A stretch of DNA of 64,000 nucleotides from Spirochaetes bacterium GWF1_51_8 (GTDB taxonomy: Bacteria; Spirochaetota; Brevinematia; Brevinematales; GWF1-51-8). The stretch spans positions 9,470-73,469 of the forward strand of contig MIBE01000005.1 of the NCBI GenBank assembly GCA_001829415.1, read 5' to 3'. The translations under genes and the position numbers were made by a program. Below, in pieces: positions 52,304 to 62,231 of the stretch. The notes beneath the pieces were generated by a model, which saw nothing but the letters and a program-made list of their open reading frames with translations, ran no database searches and was not told the origin of the DNA. Position 1 is the first letter of the stretch. Each line of letters begins with the position of its first letter.

Positions 52304-52616
52304 TATTAAGGCTACAGCGTTAACGGCGGCGGTAATGATCGCGGCGGTAACTTTCCTGATTACGCTCTGGTATTCCCTCACAGGCTACGGCGCCGAGTTG
52401 ATCGTTCTTTTCGAATCGTTCTACGGTAAGATGACGATCGTCGATCTCGAGTATGCCAAGTCTGTCGGGTTCCTCCAGAACTTCTGGAAGGTCATCGTGC
52501 TTTCGATTTTCTCGTTTGTAGACGGATTCATCCTCGGCTCCCTCTCGGCGATCCTGTATAATTTATTTATCCAGAAACAGAAATCCGACAAAGAAGCGAA
52601 AAAAGAAGGCAAATGA
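52293..52616 (+). CDS. Small three-TM membrane protein, translationally coupled to the sigma factor
   Basis: 11-nt overlap with the sigma gene and an ATGA overlap with mlaE. No family recognised. Confidence 0.6.
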   Translation: MKLDIKATALTAAVMIAAVTFLITLWYSLTGYGAELIVLFESFYGKMTIVDLEYAKSVGFLQNFWKVIVLSIFSFVDGFILGSLSAILYNLFIQKQKSDKEAKKEGK

Positions 52617-53398
52617 AAAACCCGATTACAAGCTTTATCAAATGGATTAAAGCGAAGATCAAATTCTACGGCGGTATTACCGCGCTGATCATCTTCTCGA
52701 TTGTCGATTATGTAAAAAATCCGCGCGGACGGAAGATCGCGAACCGTGTCCTGACGATGCAGGTGTTTTTTACCGCGAACCTCGCGATTAAGATAATCGG
52801 CGTGGTCGCGCTTGCGCTCGGCGCTGTTACGGTATTGCAGTTATTCACCCAGTTGTCGAAGTTCGGCGCATTGGGGCTGGTCGGCCAGATACTGAACCTT
52901 GTCATCGTCCGCGAGCTCGGCCCGTTGATCACCGCGCTGATCGTCATCAGCCGTTCGGGTACGGCTATCGCAGCGGAAATCGCCACTATGAATATCAATA
53001 ACGAGATGGACGCCATCGAAATGCTGGGCGTCGATTCCCTTAAAATGATCGTTTTCCCGCGTATCGCCGGGATGACTGTCAGCCTGATGCTGCTCAGCGT
53101 GTTTTTCAGCGGGGTTGGTATCCTCGGCGGGTTCGTTGTCGGCAACCTTCTGGGCGGGATCACCTTCGACAACTTCATCGCCTACGTCATCAAGGCTATT
53201 ACGTTCATGGATATATTCGCCGCGGTATTCAAAGCCTTTACTTTCGGAATCTTTATCTCGGCGATTTCCATTTACCATGGCTTCCAGGCGTTTTCGTCCA
53301 CTCAGGTCCCGATAGTTACTACGAACGCCGTAGTCAGTTCCATTTTCGCAATGTTCCTTTTGGACATCATCATCACGATCATGTTTTATATGGGGTAA
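52613..53398 (+). CDS. mlaE: MlaE-family ABC transporter permease
   Basis: VRELGPLITALIVISRSGTAIAAEIATMNINNEMDAIEMLGVD is the MlaE signature. Confidence 0.88.
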   Translation: MKNPITSFIKWIKAKIKFYGGITALIIFSIVDYVKNPRGRKIANRVLTMQVFFTANLAIKIIGVVALALGAVTVLQLFTQLSKFGALGLVGQILNLVIVRELGPLITALIVISRSGTAIAAEIATMNINNEMDAIEMLGVDSLKMIVFPRIAGMTVSLMLLSVFFSGVGILGGFVVGNLLGGITFDNFIAYVIKAITFMDIFAAVFKAFTFGIFISAISIYHGFQAFSSTQVPIVTTNAVVSSIFAMFLLDIIITIMFYMG

Positions 53399-53400
53399 CG

Positions 53401-54120
53401 ATGGGTACGATATTTTTGAAGAATATATGCCTGACATTCGGCGATCATATGCTTTTCGATAACCTGTCCGAACGGATCGAGGACGGGGAAACGTATGTCC
53501 TCTTGGGTTATTCCGGGAGCGGAAAGAGCACTTTGCTGAAAACGATCTCAGGACTCCTTTTCCCGAACAAGGGCGAAGTCATCATCGGCGGGAAAAACAT
53601 TTTCAGCTATACAAAATCCGAGATGCTCAACCTGCATAAGCATTCCGGGTTTGTGTTCCAGAACGCCGCGCTGATCAGCAATCTCAGTATTTTTGAGAAT
53701 CTCGCCCTTTTCTACCAGTACCATTACGGGTGGAAGGACGACGCAGTGATGGAACGGATCCAGCCGCATCTCGACAGCGTGGGATGGGACGACGATCTGA
53801 GTCTACGTCCGGGTACATTGAGCACAGGGGAAAGGATACTCGTATCGATCATCCGTGCGATCTCGCACGATCCGGAATTCGTATTCTGGGACGAGCCATC
53901 GGCGAACCTCGACAACCTGACTATGAAAAAAGCGAATGAAATATTCCTCAAGCTGAAGAAGCAGGGGAAAACAATGATCCTCGTGACTAACGACATCCGT
54001 TTCGGACTGCCGTTGGCGGATAAGATAGGTATTCTGCACCAGGGCAAAATTATCGAAAGCGGGAGGCCGGCGGATTTGAAGAAATCCGACAACGAGGTCA
54101 CCCGCAGTCTATTGTCATAG
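53401..54120 (+). CDS. mlaF: MlaF-like ABC ATPase (atypical signature motif)
   Basis: Walker A GYSGSGKST and Walker B FVFWDEP. The signature motif reads LSTGE instead of LSGGQ. Confidence 0.8.
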   Translation: MGTIFLKNICLTFGDHMLFDNLSERIEDGETYVLLGYSGSGKSTLLKTISGLLFPNKGEVIIGGKNIFSYTKSEMLNLHKHSGFVFQNAALISNLSIFENLALFYQYHYGWKDDAVMERIQPHLDSVGWDDDLSLRPGTLSTGERILVSIIRAISHDPEFVFWDEPSANLDNLTMKKANEIFLKLKKQGKTMILVTNDIRFGLPLADKIGILHQGKIIESGRPADLKKSDNEVTRSLLS

Positions 54121-54136
54121 AGTTTAGGAGGAGTCC

Positions 54137-55108
54137 ATGCCGTTCACATTTAAATCCGCGCAAAAAGCGGTGGCGAGCTTCATTATCATCGCCATCTTTC
54201 TCCTGATCACCATGCTGATCCTGATCGGGAAGGGAAGCGATCTCTTCGAGCGGAAGAGCGTCTTCTATACCTTCCTGAACAAGGGCTACGGCCTCCAGGC
54301 AGGCACGGCGATCAAGTATAAGGATTTCGTGGTCGGCAAGATCACCGGGATCGACCTCCAGGACAACGACACTATCCGCGTGGATATCATGATCCTCGAA
54401 AAATACCAGCGCCTAATGGAAAAGGACTGCGTGATCAAAGTCGCGAGCGCCCTGCTCGGCGGCGCGTCGCTCGAGCTCCTCTCCCATCCGGATAAAAACC
54501 TGACAAACAACCTGTTATCCGGCTCGCTCCTTCTCTCCTCCGATATGGAGCAGGGCCAGACCATCATGACACAGTATATCGGCTCTCCTACCGGCGGCGC
54601 GGACGAGCTGATGGTTAAAGTCGGCGACGTCCTCGATATGATCAATAACATGGAACCGGTGCTCTACTCCACCCTGCTCAATGTCCGCGATATGTCCACG
54701 AGCTTCAAGGAGATTATGGGCGGACTCGCCGGGACCGACAAAACCCTTGTCTCCGATAAGCTGATCGGTATCCTTGACGATGTCCGGAACATGACCACCG
54801 GTCTGAAGAACATTATGACTGAAATAGACCAGAAGAAGAATTCGATAGGCGCGCTCATCTACGACAACAAGAAACTCTATACTTATATCGAGAGCATGGC
54901 GAATAACGCCGACCAGACGATGAAGAAGGTCGATACGATCTTCTCCGAACTCAAGGGGATGCCGTCCGACCTGAAGCAAATTCTCCTGCTCCTGAAAGAA
55001 GATATGATCGAACTGAAGAAGGTCATGGAAAACCTGCCGTTCGGTATCGGCTCGAAGAGTAAGAAGGAAGAACAGAATACTACCATTATCGGAGGCGACA
55101 GAGAATGA
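54137..55108 (+). CDS. mlaD: MlaD-like MCE-domain protein
   Basis: An N-terminal TM helix, the MCE core YTFLNKGYGLQAGTAIKYKDFVVGKITGIDL and a C-terminal coiled coil. Confidence 0.8.
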   Translation: MPFTFKSAQKAVASFIIIAIFLLITMLILIGKGSDLFERKSVFYTFLNKGYGLQAGTAIKYKDFVVGKITGIDLQDNDTIRVDIMILEKYQRLMEKDCVIKVASALLGGASLELLSHPDKNLTNNLLSGSLLLSSDMEQGQTIMTQYIGSPTGGADELMVKVGDVLDMINNMEPVLYSTLLNVRDMSTSFKEIMGGLAGTDKTLVSDKLIGILDDVRNMTTGLKNIMTEIDQKKNSIGALIYDNKKLYTYIESMANNADQTMKKVDTIFSELKGMPSDLKQILLLLKEDMIELKKVMENLPFGIGSKSKKEEQNTTIIGGDRE

Positions 55109-56073
55109 GAAAACTAATCGCCGCGTTTGCGATAACTATAATCGCCGCCGGATGTACGAAGACGGTCCAGCCGATGGTGAAGACGAACGTCCTGCAGAGG
55201 ATCACGGACAATCTCGCGATAGGTGTCGAGGAGTACGGCAAGGGGAACTACGATAACGCGAAGAGCTTCCTCGAGACCGCGCTCGCACTCGCTTATTCGG
55301 TCGACAATATCGACGAACAGATCAGCGCGATGGTCAACCTCGCGGAACTCCATATGGCGTTCAAGAAACCCGCGCAGGCGTCGAACTATCTCTTTACCGC
55401 CGAGAACCTCGCGATGATCACCGAAAGTAAAAAGTACCTTTTCCAGCTTCACGTCTCGATCGGGAAGTATTACAATACGGTCGGCAAGGTCGATAAGGCT
55501 ATCGAGTTTTACCAGACCGCGTTAAGCGACACCAAGTCCGAGCTCCAGCAGGCGATCGTGTACAACAACCTCGGCATTATCTACCGCAAGAACGGCGACG
55601 ACCTGAACGCACTCACCACGCTCGAGATCGCTCAGGTGATCAATAAAAAGTACGGGATCAGCGACAAACTCGCGGATAACTATTACAATATCGGGGAAAT
55701 CTACCGCAAGCAGCAGAACTGGGACAGCGCCTACCGTTACTACCAGCTTGCCCTAGAAAACGACAAGCTCGTGGAGAACTCTGTGGGGATCATCGAGGAC
55801 CTTATCAAGCTCGCGATGGTCTCTTACGAACTGGATGAGACCGCGATGGTGGCGTTCTATCTCGACCGTGCGCTGAAGGTGGCGTTAGGCATAAACCACG
55901 AAAAGTACGCCGAGGCAATCGGAAAACTGATGAAGAAGTACGAGATCATTCAGGCGACCAAGACACTGATCTCGGATAAGCCGTTAGATAAACCGGCGAA
56001 GGTGACGAATACCGCCGACATCCCCGACCTGGTCGAGGAGATCGAAAAGCTCGGCAGCGAAACGAATAAGTAG
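55105..56073 (+). CDS. TPR-repeat lipoprotein
   Basis: Lipobox IIAAGC and several TPR units (A..YY.LA). ATGA overlap with mlaD. Confidence 0.75.
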   Translation: MRKLIAAFAITIIAAGCTKTVQPMVKTNVLQRITDNLAIGVEEYGKGNYDNAKSFLETALALAYSVDNIDEQISAMVNLAELHMAFKKPAQASNYLFTAENLAMITESKKYLFQLHVSIGKYYNTVGKVDKAIEFYQTALSDTKSELQQAIVYNNLGIIYRKNGDDLNALTTLEIAQVINKKYGISDKLADNYYNIGEIYRKQQNWDSAYRYYQLALENDKLVENSVGIIEDLIKLAMVSYELDETAMVAFYLDRALKVALGINHEKYAEAIGKLMKKYEIIQATKTLISDKPLDKPAKVTNTADIPDLVEEIEKLGSETNK

Positions 56074-56357
56074 ACTGTTCTTTCACATTTGTGTTCGATA
56101 AAAGGTTTGCTTTACCCCGTTTGTTCCTCGATAAACTCGGAATGACGGGGCTTGCTTGTTTTCTGCCGAGGCAGACAGGCTATCACATATGAGTTTGTCA
56201 ATAAGCTCTTCTCAGCTCCTTCCGTCGCGGATTATGTCTCACTCATATTGAATAGTGTATATAACGGAATTGCCCGCTTCTGCTCTTTATCCCATCACGG
56301 ACTGTCTCCCCCATCACATATTACTGTGCCGTATCGGGATTGCCCCCGCTCAGCGGG

Positions 56358-57224
56358 TTAGTCGAAGATGACGGTTTTGTTTCCGAACACGACGATCTTA
56401 TTTTCAAGATGAAGCTGGACCGCGCGAGACAAGACGTTCTTTTCAAGGTTCTTACCCTTTCGGATCAAATCTTCCACACTGTCGCGGTGGCTGACCTGCG
56501 CGACATCCTGCGCGATGATCGGCCCTTGGTCGAGTTCGGCGGTCACATAATGACTGGTCGCGCCGATAATCTTCACTCCGCGCGAATACGCCTGGTGATA
56601 CGGTTTCGCGCCCACAAACGCGGGCAGAAACGAATGATGGATATTGATGATGCGGTTCTTATACTTGCCGACTAACCCCTCGCCGATAATCTGCATATAC
56701 CTCGCGAGCACGATCAGATCGATACCCATTTCGTCCATCAGCCCGGCCGTCAACGCCTCGTCAGCGGATTTGTTCGCGGGATCGGACGGAAGGCATCGGA
56801 ACGGGATGGAGAAATAGTCAGCGACCGTTTTCAAGTCCTCGTGGTTCGCGATGACAGTGACGACATCCGCGGCAAGTTCGCCGGACTTGATCCTGAGAAG
56901 GAGGTCGTACAGACAATGGTCGGTTTTCGAAACGAATACCGCGATCTTCGGGCGGCAGTCCGAGAAATGGAGCGACCAGTTCATCTTGAACATCCGGGCG
57001 ATTGAATCGAAGCTCGCGGCGATCCCGCCGCGCGGAACCCGAAACCCGTCCAGTTCCCATTCGATCCGCATAAAATAGGTCGAGGTTTCTCTGTCGGTGT
57101 GCTGGTCGGAGTGGATGATATTCCCGTTGTTCTCGAAGATATAGCGCGAGACTTCCGCGACAATCCCGCGCGTATCCGGACATGACAATAGCAGTACAGC
57201 GGTGGGTTTCTCCTTGTTCATCAC
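56358..57224 (-). CDS. purU: Formyltetrahydrofolate deformylase
   Basis: N-terminal ACT domain (LLLSCPDTRGIVAEV) and formyltransferase core IINIHHSFLPAF.GA.PY.QA...GVK.IGAT.HYVT..LD.GPII. Confidence 0.92.
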   Translation of the reverse strand: MMNKEKPTAVLLLSCPDTRGIVAEVSRYIFENNGNIIHSDQHTDRETSTYFMRIEWELDGFRVPRGGIAASFDSIARMFKMNWSLHFSDCRPKIAVFVSKTDHCLYDLLLRIKSGELAADVVTVIANHEDLKTVADYFSIPFRCLPSDPANKSADEALTAGLMDEMGIDLIVLARYMQIIGEGLVGKYKNRIINIHHSFLPAFVGAKPYHQAYSRGVKIIGATSHYVTAELDQGPIIAQDVAQVSHRDSVEDLIRKGKNLEKNVLSRAVQLHLENKIVVFGNKTVIFD

Positions 57225-57226
57225 GC

Positions 57227-57616
57227 TTATTTCAATTCAAAGGACTCGACTTCAATCGTCCCGCTGTAGGCTCCGGTTTTGGAAATCTTTCCCTTCGCCG
57301 TCACGATTTTCCCGTCCAGTTTCGCCAGTTCGGCTTTTTTCGCTCCGAGCACCTGATAATCGGCCGCGGACTTGGTTTCCCAGTTCTTCACGATCGATAC
57401 GATGCCGTCGTCATAGACCGCGACCTTTCCCTCGAGCGTCTGGTAGGTTTTATTAATCATCACTTCGTTGGTAGTCCCTTCTTTAACAAGCACCAATCCG
57501 TCGCCGGGAAACGTGATCGCGCTTTGATTACCCGCGTTGGTCTCGTCCTTAGTGCTCTGCCCCTGCCCGCAGGAAAGCGTCAGCAGAATCGCTGAAAGAA
57601 TAATAAACGTCCGCAT
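57227..57616 (-). CDS. Small hypothetical lipoprotein
   Basis: Lipobox LTLSCG. 129 aa. Its stop lies 2 nt before the start of purU. Confidence 0.6.
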   Translation of the reverse strand: MRTFIILSAILLTLSCGQGQSTKDETNAGNQSAITFPGDGLVLVKEGTTNEVMINKTYQTLEGKVAVYDDGIVSIVKNWETKSAADYQVLGAKKAELAKLDGKIVTAKGKISKTGAYSGTIEVESFELK

Positions 57617-57986
57617 AGGTTCCTCCTTCCATATATTTTACCGTAAGCCGCTGTTTTGTCAACTCGCCGGATAGATTCTTTCCCCGCCGCTGAATATTGA
57701 CACATCGCGGAAAAAGGTTAACTAGACACCTTTACAATCCGATCGTTTTTCCATTGAAATCTTCTTCCGGAGATATTTTTCAAACGGTTCTTGAGACATA
57801 CCGGGGAAATTGGCTGAATGAAAGTCTGAAATTCCCTGAGAACAAGAATCTCCAAATTATGCAGGTAGTGATAATCCGGAAGAAGATCAACTGACAGCCT
57901 GCTTTAACCTCTTCATCCCTGCCGGCTTATTTGAAAATATGTCGGTATCATGTTAAGCTTAATCAAATAGATTTTTGGAGTGCTGT

Positions 57987-59387
57987 ATGAAGAAATGCGC
58001 GGTACTGATCGGTATTATGATGTTTGTGACGGAAATCTACGCTGCCCCCGTGAAACAGGGTATTTTCGACAATGTCCCCAAGGACGACAAAGAGCCCCAA
58101 GTCAACCCGGATAATTCAAAAAAAACGGGGTTTAATTCTCAAATTGAAATTACAAAAATCGATATTTCCCCATTGAAGCACGCATACGGCACGAACATTA
58201 TTTACGGAATGCTTACTACCGATGGGACGCCCGACTGTGTCTTGCGGTTTGCCCCTGACGGTATGGCGTATCTCGGCTTCTCGGATAAAGATTTTAACAC
58301 CTATATCTATAAACTCGATTCGAAAATGAAGATTTCAGGAAAACCGCTCATCAAAATCGCTGCTAAACGTTTCGAGAATTTTATTATCACGGAAAACGGG
58401 ATTGCGCTTGCAGTGGCTTCTTGGGTTAATGAAAGTCTCGGAACCGAATACTATACTTACTTTAATCATCTTTATTTCAGACTTTACTCGATGAACGGAA
58501 GCCTCATTCATGAAAACTATGTCGTAGGCTGCGGAATTTGGGAAAATATAGGAGATCAGTCCTACGGCGGCGACGGGATCGATATTGTCTGGACAGGGGA
58601 TTACTACGCGCTCTATTTTACTACGTATAAAAAAGCATATGACGGTGTTGTCCATGAAAGCGAGTACCTGACGTTTCTCAATCCCGACGGTGAACAGCTC
58701 AAAGACCAAAAAGGATATGATCTCCGTTTTCCGTGGAATGTCAGCCATAGCTTCCGTCCTCACTTGGAATACTACGAGACCGAAGAAACATTGATGATGG
58801 TTACGATGGGAGATGCCTATCCTATCGGTATGGCGGCCTATACCCACAAGAAAGAACTCGAGAATTTTTACGAAAACGGAATAACCAAAGTGATCTATGA
58901 TGTAAGTATCGAGCAGGGCGATAACGATACCCATGTCTCGATTGGCGATACGATGATTGTCGACGAGGGGATGCTGATTGTCGCCGACAACAAGGAAGGT
59001 CTTTCCGGCTACGACCTCTGCATGTTTTATCTTTACCCTGACTGCACCCACAAAGGACCGATATGGCTTACCAAGACCCCGAATAACTTTGAACGTCTGC
59101 CGAAAGTGGCGATGTACGGCAAGAACTACTTCATCGCATGGGGCGAACAGGCAGAATGGTCGGATTTCAAGAGCCACAATGGTGAGTACTTAGGCTCCTC
59201 GTTTACCGAGTGTTATGCGATGGTCGTTTCCCCCGATGGGAAGGTGATAGTTCCCAAGCAGAAGCTCGATGTTCATTTCCGCGGGAACTCGGAATTTTTC
59301 AATTACGAAAACGGCGATATCGGGTGGATCGACTCGACACAGTCCGATCAGTACTTCAACCTGATCCGGCTGAAAGTCGCGGAATAG
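57987..59387 (+). CDS. Secreted hypothetical protein (moderately AT-rich)
   Basis: Signal peptide MKKCAVLIGIMMFVTEIYA. RBS ggag. No family recognised. Confidence 0.65.
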   Translation: MKKCAVLIGIMMFVTEIYAAPVKQGIFDNVPKDDKEPQVNPDNSKKTGFNSQIEITKIDISPLKHAYGTNIIYGMLTTDGTPDCVLRFAPDGMAYLGFSDKDFNTYIYKLDSKMKISGKPLIKIAAKRFENFIITENGIALAVASWVNESLGTEYYTYFNHLYFRLYSMNGSLIHENYVVGCGIWENIGDQSYGGDGIDIVWTGDYYALYFTTYKKAYDGVVHESEYLTFLNPDGEQLKDQKGYDLRFPWNVSHSFRPHLEYYETEETLMMVTMGDAYPIGMAAYTHKKELENFYENGITKVIYDVSIEQGDNDTHVSIGDTMIVDEGMLIVADNKEGLSGYDLCMFYLYPDCTHKGPIWLTKTPNNFERLPKVAMYGKNYFIAWGEQAEWSDFKSHNGEYLGSSFTECYAMVVSPDGKVIVPKQKLDVHFRGNSEFFNYENGDIGWIDSTQSDQYFNLIRLKVAE

Positions 59388-59420
59388 CTGGAATTCCCGA
59401 TCCTATATATTTCAGTAAAC

Positions 59421-59454
59421 GGGACGGTGTTCGTCATGAATACCGTCCTTTTTC
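59421..59454 (+). terminator. Intrinsic terminator
   Basis: Stem gggacggt...accgtcc followed by T5. Confidence 0.6.
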
Positions 59455-59572
59455 ATTCCACGGTAAAAACCCAAAAAATTCAGCAATACTATTTACAAAA
59501 TTCGATTTTGGGTGCATAATCAACTCAAAAAGTGAGGAGTATCGTTAAGAATACTCTTACGCGAGGAAATTG

Positions 59573-60958
59573 ATGAAGGGATTTTTCGGTAAAGCCGGGC
59601 ATCGTATCATGGGGCTATTATCGGCATTTAAGAAAATGGTGGCTAAACTCCGGACGGAACGGATTATCCTCTTGGGATTTTTAGGCTACGTCCTGTTCGG
59701 CGTCCTATTTCTCAGTCTGCCAATCTCGCAAAAAGTCCCTGTGGGGGTATTCGATAATCTCTTCGTGGCGTCATCGGCTGTTTCCACAACCGGATTGGTG
59801 ACGGTCAGTGTCGCGGATAGTTATACCTTCTTCGGGCAATTGATTATCCTGATCCTCATCCAGCTCGGCGGTATCGGCTACATGGCGGTAGGGTCATTTC
59901 TTGTTATTTTCAGCGGGAAATCACTTTCGGAGATCCGCAGGCGGATTTTGGAAAACGAGTATCCGCTGCCGGAAGGCTTCTCTGTGGGGGTACTGATAAA
60001 AAATATTATCGCATTCACTTTGATAATCGAAGCGGTCGGGGCAATCGCGCTGTTTCTGATATTCAGTTCGCAAAGTGTCCCGGATGCCGCGTGGAGCGCC
60101 ATCTTTCACAGTATCTCAGCCTTCTGTACCGCCGGTTTCGGCTTATACAACACAAGCATGGAAGGGTTTTACAACAACTACGCGCTGAATATCGTCATTC
60201 TCATCCTGACCTACATCGGCGCAATCGGGTTTATCGTAATCACTGACTTGTTTTACCGGATTAACGGAAAGGTGAAAAAGATCACCTTCACGAGCAAGAT
60301 CATCCTGTTCATTACCTTCGCGGGAACCATAGCGGGAACACTTATTATTTTTTTCAGCGAACCGAAAATCGCGGGGTTTCCGGTTATCGACCGGATTTTT
60401 ATATCGCTCTTCCAGAGCGTGAATGCGATGACCACAGCGGGATTTGATTCGTTCGCGATAGGCAATCTTTCCATGTCGTCTATTATCGCATTATGGTTTC
60501 TTATGGTAATCGGAGCTTCACCGTCGGGAACGGGCGGCGGGTTGAAAACCACGACGTTTTCCGCGATCATCGCGGTCGTAAAATCTAAAATGCGCGGCGG
60601 GGAGAAGGTGGCGTTTTTCAAGCATATCATCCCGGAACACAGGATATGGACTGCCGTGACCGTCTTTATCGCATACTTCGGGATTCTGTTTCTTGGGGCG
60701 TTTCTTTTGACCTTCAGCGAACCGAACCGAGATTTTCTGAGCCTCATCTTCGAGACCGCATCGGGTCTGGGCACGGTTGGGTTGAGTATGGGGATCACTG
60801 GAAGTTTGACCGATATCTCGAAGGTCATCCTGACGGTCATCATGTTTATCGGAAGAGTGGGTGTTCTGACATTCGGAATCTCGATTTTCGCCGGGAATAT
60901 GGACTTGCAGTTCTTCCGGGATAAATCGATGAACCAGAAAGAAGATTTGGCGCTATAA
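59573..60958 (+). CDS. trkH: TrkH/KtrB-family potassium transporter
   Basis: Repeated M1-P-M2 units with selectivity-filter-like segments: SSAVSTTGL, ISAFCTAGF, VNAMTTAGF and ASGLGTVGLS. Confidence 0.88.
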   Translation: MKGFFGKAGHRIMGLLSAFKKMVAKLRTERIILLGFLGYVLFGVLFLSLPISQKVPVGVFDNLFVASSAVSTTGLVTVSVADSYTFFGQLIILILIQLGGIGYMAVGSFLVIFSGKSLSEIRRRILENEYPLPEGFSVGVLIKNIIAFTLIIEAVGAIALFLIFSSQSVPDAAWSAIFHSISAFCTAGFGLYNTSMEGFYNNYALNIVILILTYIGAIGFIVITDLFYRINGKVKKITFTSKIILFITFAGTIAGTLIIFFSEPKIAGFPVIDRIFISLFQSVNAMTTAGFDSFAIGNLSMSSIIALWFLMVIGASPSGTGGGLKTTTFSAIIAVVKSKMRGGEKVAFFKHIIPEHRIWTAVTVFIAYFGILFLGAFLLTFSEPNRDFLSLIFETASGLGTVGLSMGITGSLTDISKVILTVIMFIGRVGVLTFGISIFAGNMDLQFFRDKSMNQKEDLAL

Positions 60959-60964
60959 GTTACC

Positions 60965-61753
60965 CTATTTCTTGAAGCCCTGCTCCAGACTTGTGCCGAC
61001 AATCACCGGGACGACCTCGGCGGGATAGCCGGAGTAGCTCGGGATGTACTTCGAGATCACGACCGCGATATATTCGCTTAACGGGCTCTGGAAATAACCT
61101 TCGACCTTGCCGCCGTACGCTTTGATCCCGTGCTCGCCCCAGACCGGCTTGATGCCCTTCTTCAGCGACACCATCGTCACTGAAAGCGCGGTCTTGACCT
61201 GCGCTTCGGCCTCGGATGAATTGCCGAGATTGAGTCCGCAATCGACGATGTCGTTTTTCCGCTTCAACGGGAATTGCTTGAGGGGATTTTTCCCCTGCGA
61301 TATCTCGTACTTGACCAGTTTTTCGGTGAAGAGTTTCTCATTCTTGCTCCATATCTTCCGCATCAATTGTTCGCTTCCGATATAAATTTTCATCCCGTCG
61401 CTTTTCAGGTTATAAAGCTCGTATTCCTTCGGGATTTCCATATCGTAAGCGAGCTGGAACTCCCAGAGCGTCTTGTTGTTCTTGACATCCTGTATGACAA
61501 AACGGAAGTGGATGATGTTGCCGATCGCGTCGTCCCAGTCGTTAAGCACCGCATAGGCGAATCTGCCGTCAAACGACCAGCCGATAGGGAAAATCTTATA
61601 GGGATTGAACGTATCGTTCGGGATGTAGTACTGGGCGTAATAGGGTATCGCGAGCATTTTCGGCGGAACGTATTCCGTGGTGAGGAATTTCGCCCAAAGG
61701 ATGCCCGAGAGACCGAGGAGAATGCCGGTTATCAGGATGCGGCGGGGAGTCAT
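60965..61753 (-). CDS. Hypothetical membrane-anchored or secreted protein
   Basis: N-terminal hydrophobic segment ILITGILLGLSGILWA. ATGA overlap with the upstream SRPBCC gene. Confidence 0.6.
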   Translation of the reverse strand: MTPRRILITGILLGLSGILWAKFLTTEYVPPKMLAIPYYAQYYIPNDTFNPYKIFPIGWSFDGRFAYAVLNDWDDAIGNIIHFRFVIQDVKNNKTLWEFQLAYDMEIPKEYELYNLKSDGMKIYIGSEQLMRKIWSKNEKLFTEKLVKYEISQGKNPLKQFPLKRKNDIVDCGLNLGNSSEAEAQVKTALSVTMVSLKKGIKPVWGEHGIKAYGGKVEGYFQSPLSEYIAVVISKYIPSYSGYPAEVVPVIVGTSLEQGFKK

Positions 61754-62151
61754 TTTTTCCTCCCGTTGAAGTAGTCGTGCATCGGGTCAAGGTAGAACTC
61801 GTTCCAGCCCTCGAGGTATTCTTCCATCTGTCCGTCAGGGATGTTGTCATGAATCAGGACGAACTCGGTCTCGCCGTTCTTTTCGGTAAGCTGAATTTCA
61901 ATTTTCGAATCCCTGTCGTCGCGGCCGAAATCGGAAGTCCGCCACACCTGAACAATTCTCTTATAGGGTGCGAGTTCCAGGGTGATACCCCAGATATAGC
62001 CGTCCCATGCCGAGAATTTCCCCCCGACCTTGGAATCGACTAACGCCGGACTGCCGGTCATCGCGGTATGCCCCGCGCTCGACATCCACGCCTCATAGAT
62101 ATCTTTCGCCGCCGCCCGGAAACTGCTTTTTATCTTACACGATTCGCTCAT
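61750..62151 (-). CDS. SRPBCC / AHSA1-like domain protein
   Basis: KSSFRAAAKDIYEAWMSSAGHTAMTGSPA.VD.KVGGKFSAWDGYI.G..LEL.P.KRIVQ.WR is the typical Aha1/SRPBCC pattern. Confidence 0.75.
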   Translation of the reverse strand: MSESCKIKSSFRAAAKDIYEAWMSSAGHTAMTGSPALVDSKVGGKFSAWDGYIWGITLELAPYKRIVQVWRTSDFGRDDRDSKIEIQLTEKNGETEFVLIHDNIPDGQMEEYLEGWNEFYLDPMHDYFNGRKK

Positions 62152-62231
62152 GCTTACCCCTTTTTTTCGGATATATGATTATCGGTAGAATTCCAAAGGG
62201 TTTTACATTCCGGCAAGGGAAAAAGGAAATA

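Noticed and set aside
59455-59572. A possible riboswitch (e.g. a c-di-AMP/ydaO-type) upstream of trkH.
   Set aside because: The leader is only ~115 nt and AT-rich. It has one short hairpin (gagtat...atactc) and none of the conserved motifs I can recall for that class.
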